DNA of 64,000 nt from a virus (Duplodnaviria; Caudoviricetes), in IMG/VR virus record IMGVR_UViG_3300027759_000044; one strand, 5' to 3'. The translations under genes and the position numbers were made by a program. The notes below the pieces were generated by a model. It did not search any database. It had not been told where the DNA came from and saw only the letters and a program-made list of their open reading frames with translations. Below, piece by piece: positions 32,861 to 43,810 of the stretch (position 1 is its first letter; each line of letters begins with the position of its first letter).

Positions 32861-33660
32861 GCAAGGGTGCATTATTATTTGCGTTTAACTCACCTAAGTA
32901 CAACTACTATGATATGGCAGTTGCTACAGCTAAACGCATTAATCATTTTTTAAATTTACCTGTTACAATAGTAACAGATGAAAGTTCTATTCCTGATAAT
33001 AGAAATTATACCTTTGACAAAACTATAACAATAACCCCTGATAAAACTAATAAACGTGATTGGGGTATATGGATTAATAAGGGTAGATATAAAGCATTTG
33101 AATTAAGCCCGTATACCGAAACATTATTGTTAGATACAGATTATATGGTAAACTCATCTAAACTACTAAAAACATTTGATTTACCCACTGATTTCTGCTG
33201 TCACGATACTACTAGTTTTTTAATGCAACCGAGTGTTTCTCAAGAACTGTTAAGTGTTTATAGCTTTAATACATTATGGGCAACTGTAATTAACTTTAAA
33301 AGAACTAAACGGTCAGAACAAATATTTCAATGTTTAGGAATGGTACAAAATAATTTTGAACATTATGCTAATATACATGGATTCATCTCAGCCACGTTTA
33401 GAAATGATTATGGATTAACATTAGCTACACGTATTACTAACGGACATATTATGCCAATTGAAGATATAATTCCTTGGAACTTGTTGCATGTAGGAAAAAA
33501 TACTAGTGTTTATAGAAACAATGACCATGAATTTAATACAGAATATACAGTAATGTTTGATAACTGGCAACGTGGCAAAATTCGTAAAGAATATAATACT
33601 ATCAAAGATACTGACTTTCATGTTATGTCTAAAGAAAACTTTATGGAGCTAATAGCATGA
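32857..33660 (+). CDS. Glycosyltransferase, GT-A fold (GT8/mannosyltransferase-like)
   Basis: KGALLFAFN...FELSPYTETLLLDTDY (DxD motif); FRNDYGLTLA. Confidence 0.65.
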   Translation: MSKGALLFAFNSPKYNYYDMAVATAKRINHFLNLPVTIVTDESSIPDNRNYTFDKTITITPDKTNKRDWGIWINKGRYKAFELSPYTETLLLDTDYMVNSSKLLKTFDLPTDFCCHDTTSFLMQPSVSQELLSVYSFNTLWATVINFKRTKRSEQIFQCLGMVQNNFEHYANIHGFISATFRNDYGLTLATRITNGHIMPIEDIIPWNLLHVGKNTSVYRNNDHEFNTEYTVMFDNWQRGKIRKEYNTIKDTDFHVMSKENFMELIA

Positions 33661-34406
33661 CTAAAGGATTTGTAATAATGGCACAGGATACTGCTACAGT
33701 AAGTTATACTAACTGTGCTAAAGCATTGGAAAAAAGCATAAAACGTGTCATGCCTAATGCTAACGTTACTATAATTACTACTGATATGTTACCACACGGA
33801 AATTTGGGTGGTTACACAAATGATTGGCAAGTGTATGAAGCAAGCCCGTATGATGAAACTATTAAATTAGAAGCAGATATGTATATTCCACGCAACATTG
33901 ACTATTGGTGGGACGTTCTATCTACACAAGATGTTGTAGTATCAAGTTCTATTAGAAATTATAAGCAAGAACTATCTGATATTAGACTATATCGTAGATT
34001 TATTGATGATAACAATTTACCTGATGCATATAATGCGATAACATATTTTAAAAAATCAGATACGGCTAACCAATTTTTTGATATAGCAAGAAATGTCTTT
34101 GAGAATTGGGATGAGTATAAAAAAATACTAAAGTGTAATCCCGAAGAATTGGCTTCTACAGATTGGGTATATGCCATAGCATGTCATATTGTAGGGGTAG
34201 AAAAAACAATGATGCCGACATTTACTGAAATGTCGATGATTCATATGAAACAATATATTAATGGTACACCAACCGAAAACTGGACAGATACTTTTATATA
34301 TGAATGCTTATCTAATCAAATTAGAATTCAAACTATTCCACAACAATACCCATTTCACTATCATATAAAGAATTTCAGTGCTAAAATATTAGAAGGTATG
34401 AAATGA
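33657..34406 (+). CDS. Glycosyltransferase-like paralog of 32857
   Basis: KGFVIMAQ...YEASPYDETIKLEADM (ExD at the DxD position); STDWVYAIA. Confidence 0.6.
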   Translation: MTKGFVIMAQDTATVSYTNCAKALEKSIKRVMPNANVTIITTDMLPHGNLGGYTNDWQVYEASPYDETIKLEADMYIPRNIDYWWDVLSTQDVVVSSSIRNYKQELSDIRLYRRFIDDNNLPDAYNAITYFKKSDTANQFFDIARNVFENWDEYKKILKCNPEELASTDWVYAIACHIVGVEKTMMPTFTEMSMIHMKQYINGTPTENWTDTFIYECLSNQIRIQTIPQQYPFHYHIKNFSAKILEGMK

Positions 34407-34759
34407 CTACGTCCAATGATGAAAAAGATTACATTATACTATGGGAACAACCTAAGTTAGAACCACCGGAATTTAGATTGTATTACGATGATAACGGTAA
34501 TGTAATATATTATAATGGAGATAAATCTGGTATCGGTAATTACATTGTTATTGATGCTCTTACCTTTGCGGCCGCAAGACATGATATAAAAGTTATTGAC
34601 AATAAAATATCTACTGTTGCGGCCAATGCGGTAATACATAAATTAATGCCAAATGATATTGAAGGTATAGAGTGTCATCTTGAAGATATAAGTGTAGTAG
34701 TTGATAATACATATACTGATAAAAACAAAAAATGGAAATTAACAACATATGAACTTTGA
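34403..34759 (+). CDS. Hypothetical protein, 118 aa
   Basis: Overlap-coupled at both ends within the operon. Confidence 0.65.
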   Translation: MTTSNDEKDYIILWEQPKLEPPEFRLYYDDNGNVIYYNGDKSGIGNYIVIDALTFAAARHDIKVIDNKISTVAANAVIHKLMPNDIEGIECHLEDISVVVDNTYTDKNKKWKLTTYEL

Positions 34760-35702
34760 AGATATTATTGATGTAGCAGATTTAGACTGTATCTATCTTA
34801 GTTATGATGAACCACAGAAAGAAGAATTTTGGCTGAAAATTAAGAACATGGTACCTTGGGCAAAACGGGTTGATAGTATTAAAGGCAGTGATGCCGCACA
34901 TAAAGCGGCAGGGGAAGCAAGCGATACTGAACGTTTCATTTTAATTGACGGCGATAATATGCCTAACGAAAGTTTCTTTAATCTACAATTAGACTTCACT
35001 GGCAAAGACCCTAACTATAAGATAGCACAATATCGTTGGAAAGCAATTAACAATATCAATGGACTACGCTATGGTAATGGCGGAATGAGTTCTTGGACAA
35101 AAACTTATGTGCGTGAGATGAAAACACATGAGCATCAAACTGAGGGTGATGTTTCACGAATCGCTGACTTTTGTTTAGACAGCAAAGATAACTTATACTG
35201 GACAATGTATGATTGCTACTCTACTACTTATCCTAATTATACTCCGTTTCAAGCGTGGCGAGCTGGATTCAGAGAAGGAGTAAAAATGGTTCTTGACCAT
35301 GGTGCCAAACCCACAGTTGATGCACTAAAAGAAACGGTTGCCAGTCGCAATCTCAACAACTTAACAATCTGGCACAACATCGGTCGTGATGTAGAGAACG
35401 GTGAGTGGGCTATTTACGGAGCACGTCTTGGTACATATATGACCATGCTTACTGAGTGGGATCCTGCTAATGTACAATGGTTTGATAACTATACAGTACT
35501 ATGGGAAGAACATTTACATAGAGATCCTGACCGTGAATCGGCATTACTTGGAGCCGCACTACATGACAAGTTGGGACTACCAATGAATCATTTTGATGGA
35601 GGACAAAGCAAGTTCTTCAAGCGTCATTATAGTGCTGATAAATATAATCTCGGGCCGTTAGTCAAAGAGATGGATGTTATTAGAAAAATAGAAGGTTGGT
35701 GA
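34749..35702 (+). CDS. Glycosyltransferase-like protein (GT-A fold)
   Basis: DCIYLSYDEP...RVDSIKGSDAAHKAA...FILIDGDN (DxD)...NGLRYGNGG. Confidence 0.55.
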   Translation: MNFEDIIDVADLDCIYLSYDEPQKEEFWLKIKNMVPWAKRVDSIKGSDAAHKAAGEASDTERFILIDGDNMPNESFFNLQLDFTGKDPNYKIAQYRWKAINNINGLRYGNGGMSSWTKTYVREMKTHEHQTEGDVSRIADFCLDSKDNLYWTMYDCYSTTYPNYTPFQAWRAGFREGVKMVLDHGAKPTVDALKETVASRNLNNLTIWHNIGRDVENGEWAIYGARLGTYMTMLTEWDPANVQWFDNYTVLWEEHLHRDPDRESALLGAALHDKLGLPMNHFDGGQSKFFKRHYSADKYNLGPLVKEMDVIRKIEGW

Positions 35703-35703
35703 T

Positions 35704-37131
35704 ATGAGTGAAAATATTAAAGGTGATGAAATTGGCAAAGTTGATGGCAAATTTCAAAGCTTATATCAAAACTCATCTGAACACGTATTAAAAGAACTTA
35801 ACAACGTAAGCCCAAGCTTTTGTTTAGCTAAATGGTATAATGTAAGCATTCATATCCCTACTGGTAGAACACATAGTTGTTATCATCCTCCCACACATCC
35901 TATCCCAATTGAAGAAGTAAAAATTGATGTAAGCGCATTACATAATACCAAATATAAAAAAGAACAACGTAAGCTGATGTTGGAAGGTAAACGTCCTTCT
36001 GAATGTAATTTTTGCTGGGAGATAGAAGATAGTGGTAACCAGTTAAGCGATAGGGCATATAGAAGTAAAGATGTATTTGCTCCGGGTATAATTGGTGAAG
36101 CCATACAAATTGGTTATGAAGGTAATCCTAAGCCTAGATATGTAGAAGTTAACTTTAATCAAGCATGTAATTTTAAATGCACCTACTGTAGCCCACACTT
36201 ATCATCCGCATGGATGCAAGATATTGAAAAGAATGGGGCTTTTATTCTATCCGATCATTGGCATAATGATATGACTTGGATGAAAGAATCCAATATGATT
36301 CCAAACAACAGGTCAGATAATCAATATATTGAAGCATTTTGGGAATGGTTACCTGACATTTATCCCACACTACAAACATTTCGTATGACCGGCGGTGAGC
36401 CATTAATGGATAAGAATACATTTAAGATGTTTGAGTATGTAAAAGATCATCCAAAAAAAGATTTACAACTAAGTCTGACTAGTAACTGTTGTCCACCTGA
36501 AGGACAGTGGGATAGATTTATGAATGGTTTAAAAAATATTACTGATGCTGATGCTGTGGATCACTTTATGTTATTCTGTAGTTTAGACAGTTGGGGCAAG
36601 CAAGCTGAATATATCCGTACTGGAATGGATTTTGAACTATTAGAAAAGAATATTATTGACTTTTTAATCAATAGTAAAAAACATAGTTTGACTTTTATTG
36701 TAACGTTTAACGCATTAAGTTATACAGGCTGGTTAGAGTATGTTAAACAAATACATAACATGCGTAAGACATATTGTACTGATAGGCAACTGATTTGGTT
36801 TGATGTTCCGATGTTATCTAGCCCCGAATGGCTTAATCCTAGAATTTTTCCTGAACTTATTACGGAGCTTGAAAAATCTGTTAAGTATATGCTTGAACAC
36901 AAAGAAGCTGACCACAATAGATTTAAAGGCTTCAAAGATTTTGAAATCAACAAAGTTGAAAGACTTATTGATTGGGTAAAAACTGAAAACAATTTTGACA
37001 GAAGTTTAGCAATGAAAAACTTTTATATGTACTTTACCGAACATGATAAACGTAGAGAAACAAACTTTTTAGAAACTTTCCCCGAATTAACTGAACAATG
37101 GAATAAATGTAAGGACGAACATGGACGATAG
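35704..37131 (+). CDS. Radical SAM protein with N-terminal Twitch/SPASM-like Cys domain
   Basis: CNFKCTYC (CxxxCxxC), TGGEPLM; N-terminal FCLAKW...GRTHSCYHP...CNFCW. Confidence 0.9.
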   Translation: MSENIKGDEIGKVDGKFQSLYQNSSEHVLKELNNVSPSFCLAKWYNVSIHIPTGRTHSCYHPPTHPIPIEEVKIDVSALHNTKYKKEQRKLMLEGKRPSECNFCWEIEDSGNQLSDRAYRSKDVFAPGIIGEAIQIGYEGNPKPRYVEVNFNQACNFKCTYCSPHLSSAWMQDIEKNGAFILSDHWHNDMTWMKESNMIPNNRSDNQYIEAFWEWLPDIYPTLQTFRMTGGEPLMDKNTFKMFEYVKDHPKKDLQLSLTSNCCPPEGQWDRFMNGLKNITDADAVDHFMLFCSLDSWGKQAEYIRTGMDFELLEKNIIDFLINSKKHSLTFIVTFNALSYTGWLEYVKQIHNMRKTYCTDRQLIWFDVPMLSSPEWLNPRIFPELITELEKSVKYMLEHKEADHNRFKGFKDFEINKVERLIDWVKTENNFDRSLAMKNFYMYFTEHDKRRETNFLETFPELTEQWNKCKDEHGR

Positions 37132-38479
37132 AGTTGTATTTGTAAAAAGCGTAAGAGATAGATTAAACACAGTAAGCCCAAGCTTCTGTGCGATGAAATG
37201 GTTACACCAAACATTGTATCTACACACCGGTGATAATCATAGCTGTTATCATCCTAGACCACATCATATCCCGCTAGATGAGATTGCCGTTGACCCAAGT
37301 GCATTGCATAACACTAAGTGGAAAAAAAAACAACGTAAAAAGATGTTAGAAGGTGAGCGTCCGGATGAATGTTACTATTGCTGGAATATTGAAGACCTTG
37401 AAGGAGATCATATCAGTGATAGGATGATACATAGCGCAAGCGATTTTAGTGAACCATTCATTGAAAAACTAGCACAAATGCCATGGGATGCACCTGTTAA
37501 TCCACGTTATTTGGAAGTAAGTTTTGGTAATGCGTGTAATTATCGGTGTGGTTATTGTAGCCCGCAAGCTAGCACAATGTGGATGGAAGAAATTAAAAAA
37601 CATGGTAACTATGATTTAACATACAATCAATATGGTATTGATTTTTTAACATCAGGTACATATTATGGACCTAAAGAAGAAAACCCATATATTGAAGCAT
37701 TTTGGAAATGGTGGCCTAGCTTAAGAAATGATTTACATACATTACGTATTACAGGTGGAGAACCATTAATGAATCCTGGTGCTATGCAGTTCTTTGACTT
37801 GTTAGAGGATGAACCCGCGCCAAACTTAGAAATAACATTGAATAGTAACTTGGGAGTTACATTTGATAGAGTTGATAGATTGATTGAACGTGTAGGATCA
37901 TTAACATCACAAAATAAAATACGTAAGTTTAGTTTTTTTACAAGCATTGAAGGTTGGGGAGAGCAAGCTGAATATATGCGTACAGGTATGAAGTGCGACC
38001 ATTGGGAAAGAAATATGAGAGCTGTTATGAAAACCGGCGCAACTATTAACTTGATGTGTACATTCAATGTATTATGTGTAGCAACATTTGAAAAGTTGTT
38101 ACATAAGGTTATTGAATGGCGTAAAGAGTTTGGTAAACATAGTGTTGGTCTTGATACTCCGTATTTGAAAGAACCACCCCATTGGATGATTAACATATTG
38201 ACACCTGATTTTATTCCATATATGGATAAGACGTTGAAGTTCATTCAGGATAATCCAGAACACTTTCATGCAGTAGAATATGAAAAATTTAAACGTGTTA
38301 CAAATTATATGAAAGAGCATGTGATTAGTGAAGACAAGATCCGCGCTGGACGTAGAGATTTCTATAGTTTCTTTACTGAGAATGATAAACGTTTGGGTAC
38401 GGATTTAATTAAAACATTCCCTGAATATAAAGACTTCTATGATTTGTGTAAGGATGTTTATGACAACTATGATAAATGA
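37121..38479 (+). CDS. Radical SAM protein, tandem paralog of 35704
   Basis: CNYRCGYC, TGGEPLM; shares many blocks with the upstream gene. Confidence 0.9.
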   Translation: MDDRVVFVKSVRDRLNTVSPSFCAMKWLHQTLYLHTGDNHSCYHPRPHHIPLDEIAVDPSALHNTKWKKKQRKKMLEGERPDECYYCWNIEDLEGDHISDRMIHSASDFSEPFIEKLAQMPWDAPVNPRYLEVSFGNACNYRCGYCSPQASTMWMEEIKKHGNYDLTYNQYGIDFLTSGTYYGPKEENPYIEAFWKWWPSLRNDLHTLRITGGEPLMNPGAMQFFDLLEDEPAPNLEITLNSNLGVTFDRVDRLIERVGSLTSQNKIRKFSFFTSIEGWGEQAEYMRTGMKCDHWERNMRAVMKTGATINLMCTFNVLCVATFEKLLHKVIEWRKEFGKHSVGLDTPYLKEPPHWMINILTPDFIPYMDKTLKFIQDNPEHFHAVEYEKFKRVTNYMKEHVISEDKIRAGRRDFYSFFTENDKRLGTDLIKTFPEYKDFYDLCKDVYDNYDK

Positions 38480-39692
38480 AAATAATAAACATTCATGGTG
38501 TGTAAATGCATACCATGCTCTTAGTGCTAACAATGACGGTAGTACTAAAACATGTTGTATGATCGGGGAGGAATACAATAAATTATCTAAAACTTCTAAT
38601 GAATACTACATTGGAGTCAAAAGTATTAAAGAAAACTTTGACTGTGACGCCGCACAAAATCTTAGAGATAATCTTTCAAGGGGTATAAAAGATAATTCCT
38701 GTCGTCTATGTTGGCAAGAAGAAGAAGGCGGGAGAAAAAGTAAACGTCTACGTGATAATGAAAAATACCTACATGCTATTGAATTTGATGGTCAGGCTCC
38801 GTTTACAGGACTTGCTAAGGTAGAATTAAACTTAGGTAACAACTGTAACATTAAATGTAGAACATGTCATCCTACAATTAGTTCTACCTGGATGAAAGAG
38901 GCATTTGATTTGGATCACGCACCCCGCGGCACTACATATAAAACATTTAGTGTAGGTATGAAAAAGTATCACCAACATTATGATGATGATAGCAGTTTTT
39001 GGCCTGATCTTATTGAAAACTTAGAAACAATTAAACAATTTGATTTTTATGGTGGCGAACCTTTCTTAAGCAAAAAGATGTGGGAAATATTACGTATATG
39101 TGTTGAACGTGGATACGCCAAGGACATTGAGCTACATTATAATACAAATGGAACAGTATGGCCTAAAGATATTGAGTTATGGAAACACTTTCGCTCAGTG
39201 AATATTAGCTTTAGCATTGATGGTATTGGTGAACGTTTTGAATATATGCGTTATCCTGCAAATTGGCAAGAAGTTAGAGCAAATATGAAAAAAGCTGTAG
39301 ACTTTAATATTGAACATAATAACTTATCATTAAGTTGGTGTATGACTTTAAGTAGTCTAAACATATATTATTTGCCTGAACTATTAGATGAGTATTACAA
39401 AAACTGGACAAGTATGGGATTCTATTTGAATTTAGTTCATAATCCAAATCATTTCAATATAAGCAAAATGTCACCTGAAGCTAAACAAGCCGCATTAGAA
39501 CAACTAAACAGTATTCCAAAAGAATATGAAAATGCATGGTATCAACTTCCCGGTATTATTGGGTTTATGATGGCCGGGGAATATGATCCCACAACATGGA
39601 ATTATATGCTTAAAACAATAGATAAGCATGACAAATATAGAGAGCAAGATTATGCTAAAACATTTAGTGATTTTTCAAAGGCAATAAGATGA
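38460..39692 (+). CDS. Radical SAM protein with N-terminal Twitch-like domain
   Basis: CNIKCRTC, YGGEPF, YNTNGT. Start moved to ATG 38460 because of AAGGA at 38450-38454; 38469 is also possible. Confidence 0.88.
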   Translation: MTTMINENNKHSWCVNAYHALSANNDGSTKTCCMIGEEYNKLSKTSNEYYIGVKSIKENFDCDAAQNLRDNLSRGIKDNSCRLCWQEEEGGRKSKRLRDNEKYLHAIEFDGQAPFTGLAKVELNLGNNCNIKCRTCHPTISSTWMKEAFDLDHAPRGTTYKTFSVGMKKYHQHYDDDSSFWPDLIENLETIKQFDFYGGEPFLSKKMWEILRICVERGYAKDIELHYNTNGTVWPKDIELWKHFRSVNISFSIDGIGERFEYMRYPANWQEVRANMKKAVDFNIEHNNLSLSWCMTLSSLNIYYLPELLDEYYKNWTSMGFYLNLVHNPNHFNISKMSPEAKQAALEQLNSIPKEYENAWYQLPGIIGFMMAGEYDPTTWNYMLKTIDKHDKYREQDYAKTFSDFSKAIR

Positions 39693-40981
39693 GTGAACAA
39701 TTCTGGAAATCTAATAACTTAATGCAGATGCACATTGAGTTAACTAATTTATGTAACGCAGCCTGTCCTATGTGTGTTAGATTTTATAACAATAGTCCAC
39801 ATACTAGACCTGATTTAGAATTTGGACAAATCACTATTGATAAGTTTAAAAAATATTTCCCACCAGAAATTATTCGTAAATGTAATCTTATTTTATTTTG
39901 CGGCGTGCACGGAGATCCATGTATTGCTAAAGATATGTATGAGATATGTGAATATATCTATGAATGTTCTGAAACTACTGCTGTGCGTGTTAATACCAAT
40001 GGGGGTATGCGTAAAAGTGATTGGTGGGCTAAACTAGGCGCATTGTTTGCTAAACGAAAAAAGAGTTTAGCCGACGATTTTTGGGAAATTATATTTAGTA
40101 TTGATGGGTTAGAAGATACCAATCATTTATATCGTAGAAACGTAGAATGGTCAGCATTGATGGAAAATGTTAAGGCATTCGTTAATGCAGGTGGAGGAGC
40201 ATCTTGGGATTATTTGATATTTAAGCATAATGAACATCAAATACAAGAGGCAAAACGTTTTAGTGAACAGATTGGCTTTAGAGAGTTTATCCCTAAAAAA
40301 GCTTTGGGTGTAAGCTATGATGTTGAGAATAAGTTGACCATCATGCCTGTATTGAATAAAGAAGGTGAATTAGATTATACAATTGAATCACCTGTTAATC
40401 CAGAAAATAGAAACTTACCTAATGCTGATGGCACCTTACCATTAATGTATTGGCCCTTTAAGGTTGATGAATATCGCAAACTTAAAGATGATAAAGAATC
40501 TATAAGAATGAATTATGATATCAACGCTGATTCAATTTATCAGACTGCAATTAATAATAAAAACTTTGATGAGCAAGATTCATGTAGTATTATTTGCAAA
40601 TCCAAGACACCATTAGGCGGCAAAGAAATATTTGTTGATAACTTTGGCAGAGTTATGCCTTGTTGTTATATCGGGACACACTTAAATGGTAAATATAATG
40701 ATATTGCATCCATGCAATTATACAATCATATGAATCAATATGGCTGGGAGCATTTTAGTTTAGATACACATACATTAGAAGAAATACTTGATGCCGGACA
40801 CTTAGATAGAGTATTTGCTGATTCATGGAAGAAAGACTCAGTTAAGAATGGTAAATTAGCATATTGTGCTAATACATGCGGTAAGAAATCAGCTATTGAT
40901 AAAATATTTTCACATGAATTGAATGATAAAGCTAGTCAAATGGAAAAGTTTAGAACACAAAATGAACATAGAGTTGATTGA
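39689..40981 (+). CDS. Radical SAM protein with C-terminal SPASM/Twitch domain
   Basis: CNAACPMC, GVHGDP, FSIDGLEDTN; C-terminal FVDNFGRVMPCC...CANTC. Confidence 0.9.
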   Translation: MSEQFWKSNNLMQMHIELTNLCNAACPMCVRFYNNSPHTRPDLEFGQITIDKFKKYFPPEIIRKCNLILFCGVHGDPCIAKDMYEICEYIYECSETTAVRVNTNGGMRKSDWWAKLGALFAKRKKSLADDFWEIIFSIDGLEDTNHLYRRNVEWSALMENVKAFVNAGGGASWDYLIFKHNEHQIQEAKRFSEQIGFREFIPKKALGVSYDVENKLTIMPVLNKEGELDYTIESPVNPENRNLPNADGTLPLMYWPFKVDEYRKLKDDKESIRMNYDINADSIYQTAINNKNFDEQDSCSIICKSKTPLGGKEIFVDNFGRVMPCCYIGTHLNGKYNDIASMQLYNHMNQYGWEHFSLDTHTLEEILDAGHLDRVFADSWKKDSVKNGKLAYCANTCGKKSAIDKIFSHELNDKASQMEKFRTQNEHRVD

Positions 40982-43038
40982 TGGACAGCAAAAAACAGTC
41001 AGGATATAAAAAACTATTTACATTAAAAGTATCTAATCCTAAACCCAAAGTTGATACTGATTTTGATGATAAACATACTAAAGTTATGGCAGCAATATTG
41101 CCATATGCTAGAATTAAACCACAAAAAAACTTAATTGATGTTGCTACTGAGGATATAAGTCGTAAAACAAGTGTAATGTATATGTTATTGCCTCAATGGG
41201 CAAAGATGTTCGCACCCTATAATGTAGCCAGACTTGTTGCCCTAACCAAAGCCGCTGGGTATAGAACCACCGCAGTTGATTTAAATGCTAAAGCAGGACA
41301 AGAATATTCTAAATGGGATATTGACTTTGATCCATGGAGTAGTGCAAGAGAATGGAAATGGTTAGAAAACACATATCATACAGAGCTACATAAACACTTA
41401 GAACCTTTGTTAGAAAAATACTTAGACTATATCGGTGAAGTTAAACCCGATGTTATTGGCTTTAGTATATATTATTGTAACGAAGAACCAACTAAGTGGA
41501 TGGCAAAAGAAATAAAAAAACGTTATCCGAACATTGTTATAATGGTAGGAGGTCCGCAATGTCATCAGAGTTATTGGACACCCATACCTGAGTTTGATTA
41601 CATAGTATCAGGTGAGGGTGAAAAGATGGTGTTAGAGATACTAGAAGAAATAGAATCTGGTGTAAGACCAACGGAACAAAAATGGTTAAGACAAGAAGAG
41701 GGTCAACGATTAAACTTAGATGCATTACCTAGACCTGATTACAGTCATTTCAACTTTAGAGAATATGCAATGCCCAATGGTGCAAACGCAGAACTAAGTA
41801 GAGGGTGTGTAGCTAAATGTGTGTTTTGTAGTGAGACACACTTTTGGAAATTTAGAGGAAGGCAAGCAACATCTATTATAGATGAAGTAAGTGATTTATA
41901 TCACAACTATGGAATTGATGTTATTTGGTTTTTAGATAGTTTAGTTAACGGCAATCTTAATGAACTTAGAGCATTTGCTAAGGGTGTTGTAGCTAGAGGA
42001 TTAAAAATACATTGGACCGGATACGCAAGATGTGATGGTCGTATGGATTTAACTTACTTAAAAGACCTAGCGGATTCCGGATGTTTAAGTTTAAGCTATG
42101 GTATTGAATCAGGATCAAATAAAGTATTAAAAGCTATGGATAAGGGAGTTACTGTTGAAGAAATAGAACAGAACTTAAGAGATGGAACTATAGTAGGAAT
42201 AGAAGCATTCACTAATTGGATTGTAGGTTTTCCGGCAGAAGAACACCAAGACTTCTATGAAACACTGACCTTAATTTGGAGAAATAGAAACAACAATATT
42301 ACAGATATTGCCGGTGGACATGGGTTTACTATTCCTCCGGATACCATTGTAGGACAAGCATCAGAACAATATGGAATCATTAAAGCTTATTACTTAAACA
42401 ATTGGATTAAGGAAGACTTTACCAATAGTAAACTACATAGATTAGTTAGAGTAAAGACGTTCAACATACTATTACACTATCTTGTAACCAAGCTTGATAT
42501 GGGTTGTAGTGGTATGAGACCAACAATTGAATCATTTTATACTCTTAATGTTAAAAACAACACACCACTAGAGATGGAGTTTGAGTCATTTGATTTCAAT
42601 ATAATCAATACAGGTAATAATTTTGCTGATTCATTGATGAATGAAATATGGCCTTTGTTAAGACTGTTTTGGAAAGCACAGGGCGCATATGATATTGAGA
42701 TTATATTTGACCCAGCCCAGGATTTAAATGAGTTTAGTGATAGATTAGCAGGAAACTATTCAGCTAGTTATAAGTTCTCAATAGATGAGAATGGTAATTG
42801 GAATGCTAATTTTGATTGTGTTTATAAGCAAGATGATAATGCATGGAGATATTCGGATTATTCGAGAGCAGATTCAGTTGCAGCCTCACGTGCTAGACAA
42901 TTAGCAGAACCAGACTCTGGTGGCATAAGTACCTGGACAATGGAAAAATATAAAAAACATATGACATTGTTAGATGAGTTAATATTAGTAGATTTCTCAT
43001 TTGAACACAAATACATTAGTAATGGAATTTGGAACTAA
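40981..43038 (+). CDS. Cobalamin-binding (class B) radical SAM protein
   Basis: B12-binding-like domain PDVIGFSIY...VGGPQ...VSGEGE, then SRGCVAKCVFC, YGIESGS, WIVGFP. ATG 40981 overlaps the upstream TGA. Confidence 0.88.
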   Translation: MDSKKQSGYKKLFTLKVSNPKPKVDTDFDDKHTKVMAAILPYARIKPQKNLIDVATEDISRKTSVMYMLLPQWAKMFAPYNVARLVALTKAAGYRTTAVDLNAKAGQEYSKWDIDFDPWSSAREWKWLENTYHTELHKHLEPLLEKYLDYIGEVKPDVIGFSIYYCNEEPTKWMAKEIKKRYPNIVIMVGGPQCHQSYWTPIPEFDYIVSGEGEKMVLEILEEIESGVRPTEQKWLRQEEGQRLNLDALPRPDYSHFNFREYAMPNGANAELSRGCVAKCVFCSETHFWKFRGRQATSIIDEVSDLYHNYGIDVIWFLDSLVNGNLNELRAFAKGVVARGLKIHWTGYARCDGRMDLTYLKDLADSGCLSLSYGIESGSNKVLKAMDKGVTVEEIEQNLRDGTIVGIEAFTNWIVGFPAEEHQDFYETLTLIWRNRNNNITDIAGGHGFTIPPDTIVGQASEQYGIIKAYYLNNWIKEDFTNSKLHRLVRVKTFNILLHYLVTKLDMGCSGMRPTIESFYTLNVKNNTPLEMEFESFDFNIINTGNNFADSLMNEIWPLLRLFWKAQGAYDIEIIFDPAQDLNEFSDRLAGNYSASYKFSIDENGNWNANFDCVYKQDDNAWRYSDYSRADSVAASRARQLAEPDSGGISTWTMEKYKKHMTLLDELILVDFSFEHKYISNGIWN

Positions 43039-43041
43039 ATA
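43035..43041 (+). promoter_or_regulatory. Late promoter element CTAAATA, 5 nt before ATG 43047
   Basis: CTAAATA-TCACT-ATG, overlapping the upstream stop. Confidence 0.55.
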
Positions 43042-43046
43042 TCACT

Positions 43047-43808
43047 ATGGATAAAATAGATATAGATTCATTTGATAGGATAGTAGCGTACGGTTGTAGT
43101 TATACTGCAGGTGATGAGTTGTTAGACCATGAAATATTAGGTATTAGTTTTGAAGCATGTAATAAATTAAAAAATTCTTATAAAAAATTATATCCTTATA
43201 ATTTTTATAAGAATTTACCAAAAGATGTTTTATATAAAATAGAAACAACCAACCCACAAGTGTCATGGGCCGGACAGTTAGCTAAACAGTTGAATAAACC
43301 TTTTCTAAATAGAGCAAAAGGTGGCTCTGGTATAGATGAAATTTTGTTCACTGTGGTATCTGATAGGACAAATAAAACCATATCGGATAGAGATTTGATT
43401 GTAGTTGGATTAACCTATCCAGAAAGAATACTTCATATAACTGATAACCATATATGTACTTTACATCTAGGTAATCAACATGGCTGGCCGTCGGCCGATA
43501 CACATAAAGCAAGTGTTGAATTATGGAATAATAGTAATACTTTGTTTAACTATTACAAATCATTATTCATCTTAACTAAATTGGGATTAAATATTAAATT
43601 ACAACCAATTTGCATGCCTTCATTTCAGGATATAAATAAAAAACTATGTGATCAGGTTATTATGCCTTTAAGGGATGAAATAGCAGACTACATGTTTTTT
43701 ACGACAGAAACGTTAAATGTAGATTTGCCATACAAGTGTGGTTTTGGACATGTAGCAATTGAGGCTCATATTGAGTTAGCAGACAAAATTCACAAACAAT
43801 ATTTTTAA
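43047..43808 (+). CDS. SGNH/GDSL-fold hydrolase or acyltransferase-like protein
   Basis: Block I AYGCSYTAG, block II RAKGGSG, C-terminal GH. The track start 43029 is TTG; ATG 43047 preferred. Confidence 0.6.
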   Translation: MDKIDIDSFDRIVAYGCSYTAGDELLDHEILGISFEACNKLKNSYKKLYPYNFYKNLPKDVLYKIETTNPQVSWAGQLAKQLNKPFLNRAKGGSGIDEILFTVVSDRTNKTISDRDLIVVGLTYPERILHITDNHICTLHLGNQHGWPSADTHKASVELWNNSNTLFNYYKSLFILTKLGLNIKLQPICMPSFQDINKKLCDQVIMPLRDEIADYMFFTTETLNVDLPYKCGFGHVAIEAHIELADKIHKQYF

Positions 43809-43810
43809 AC

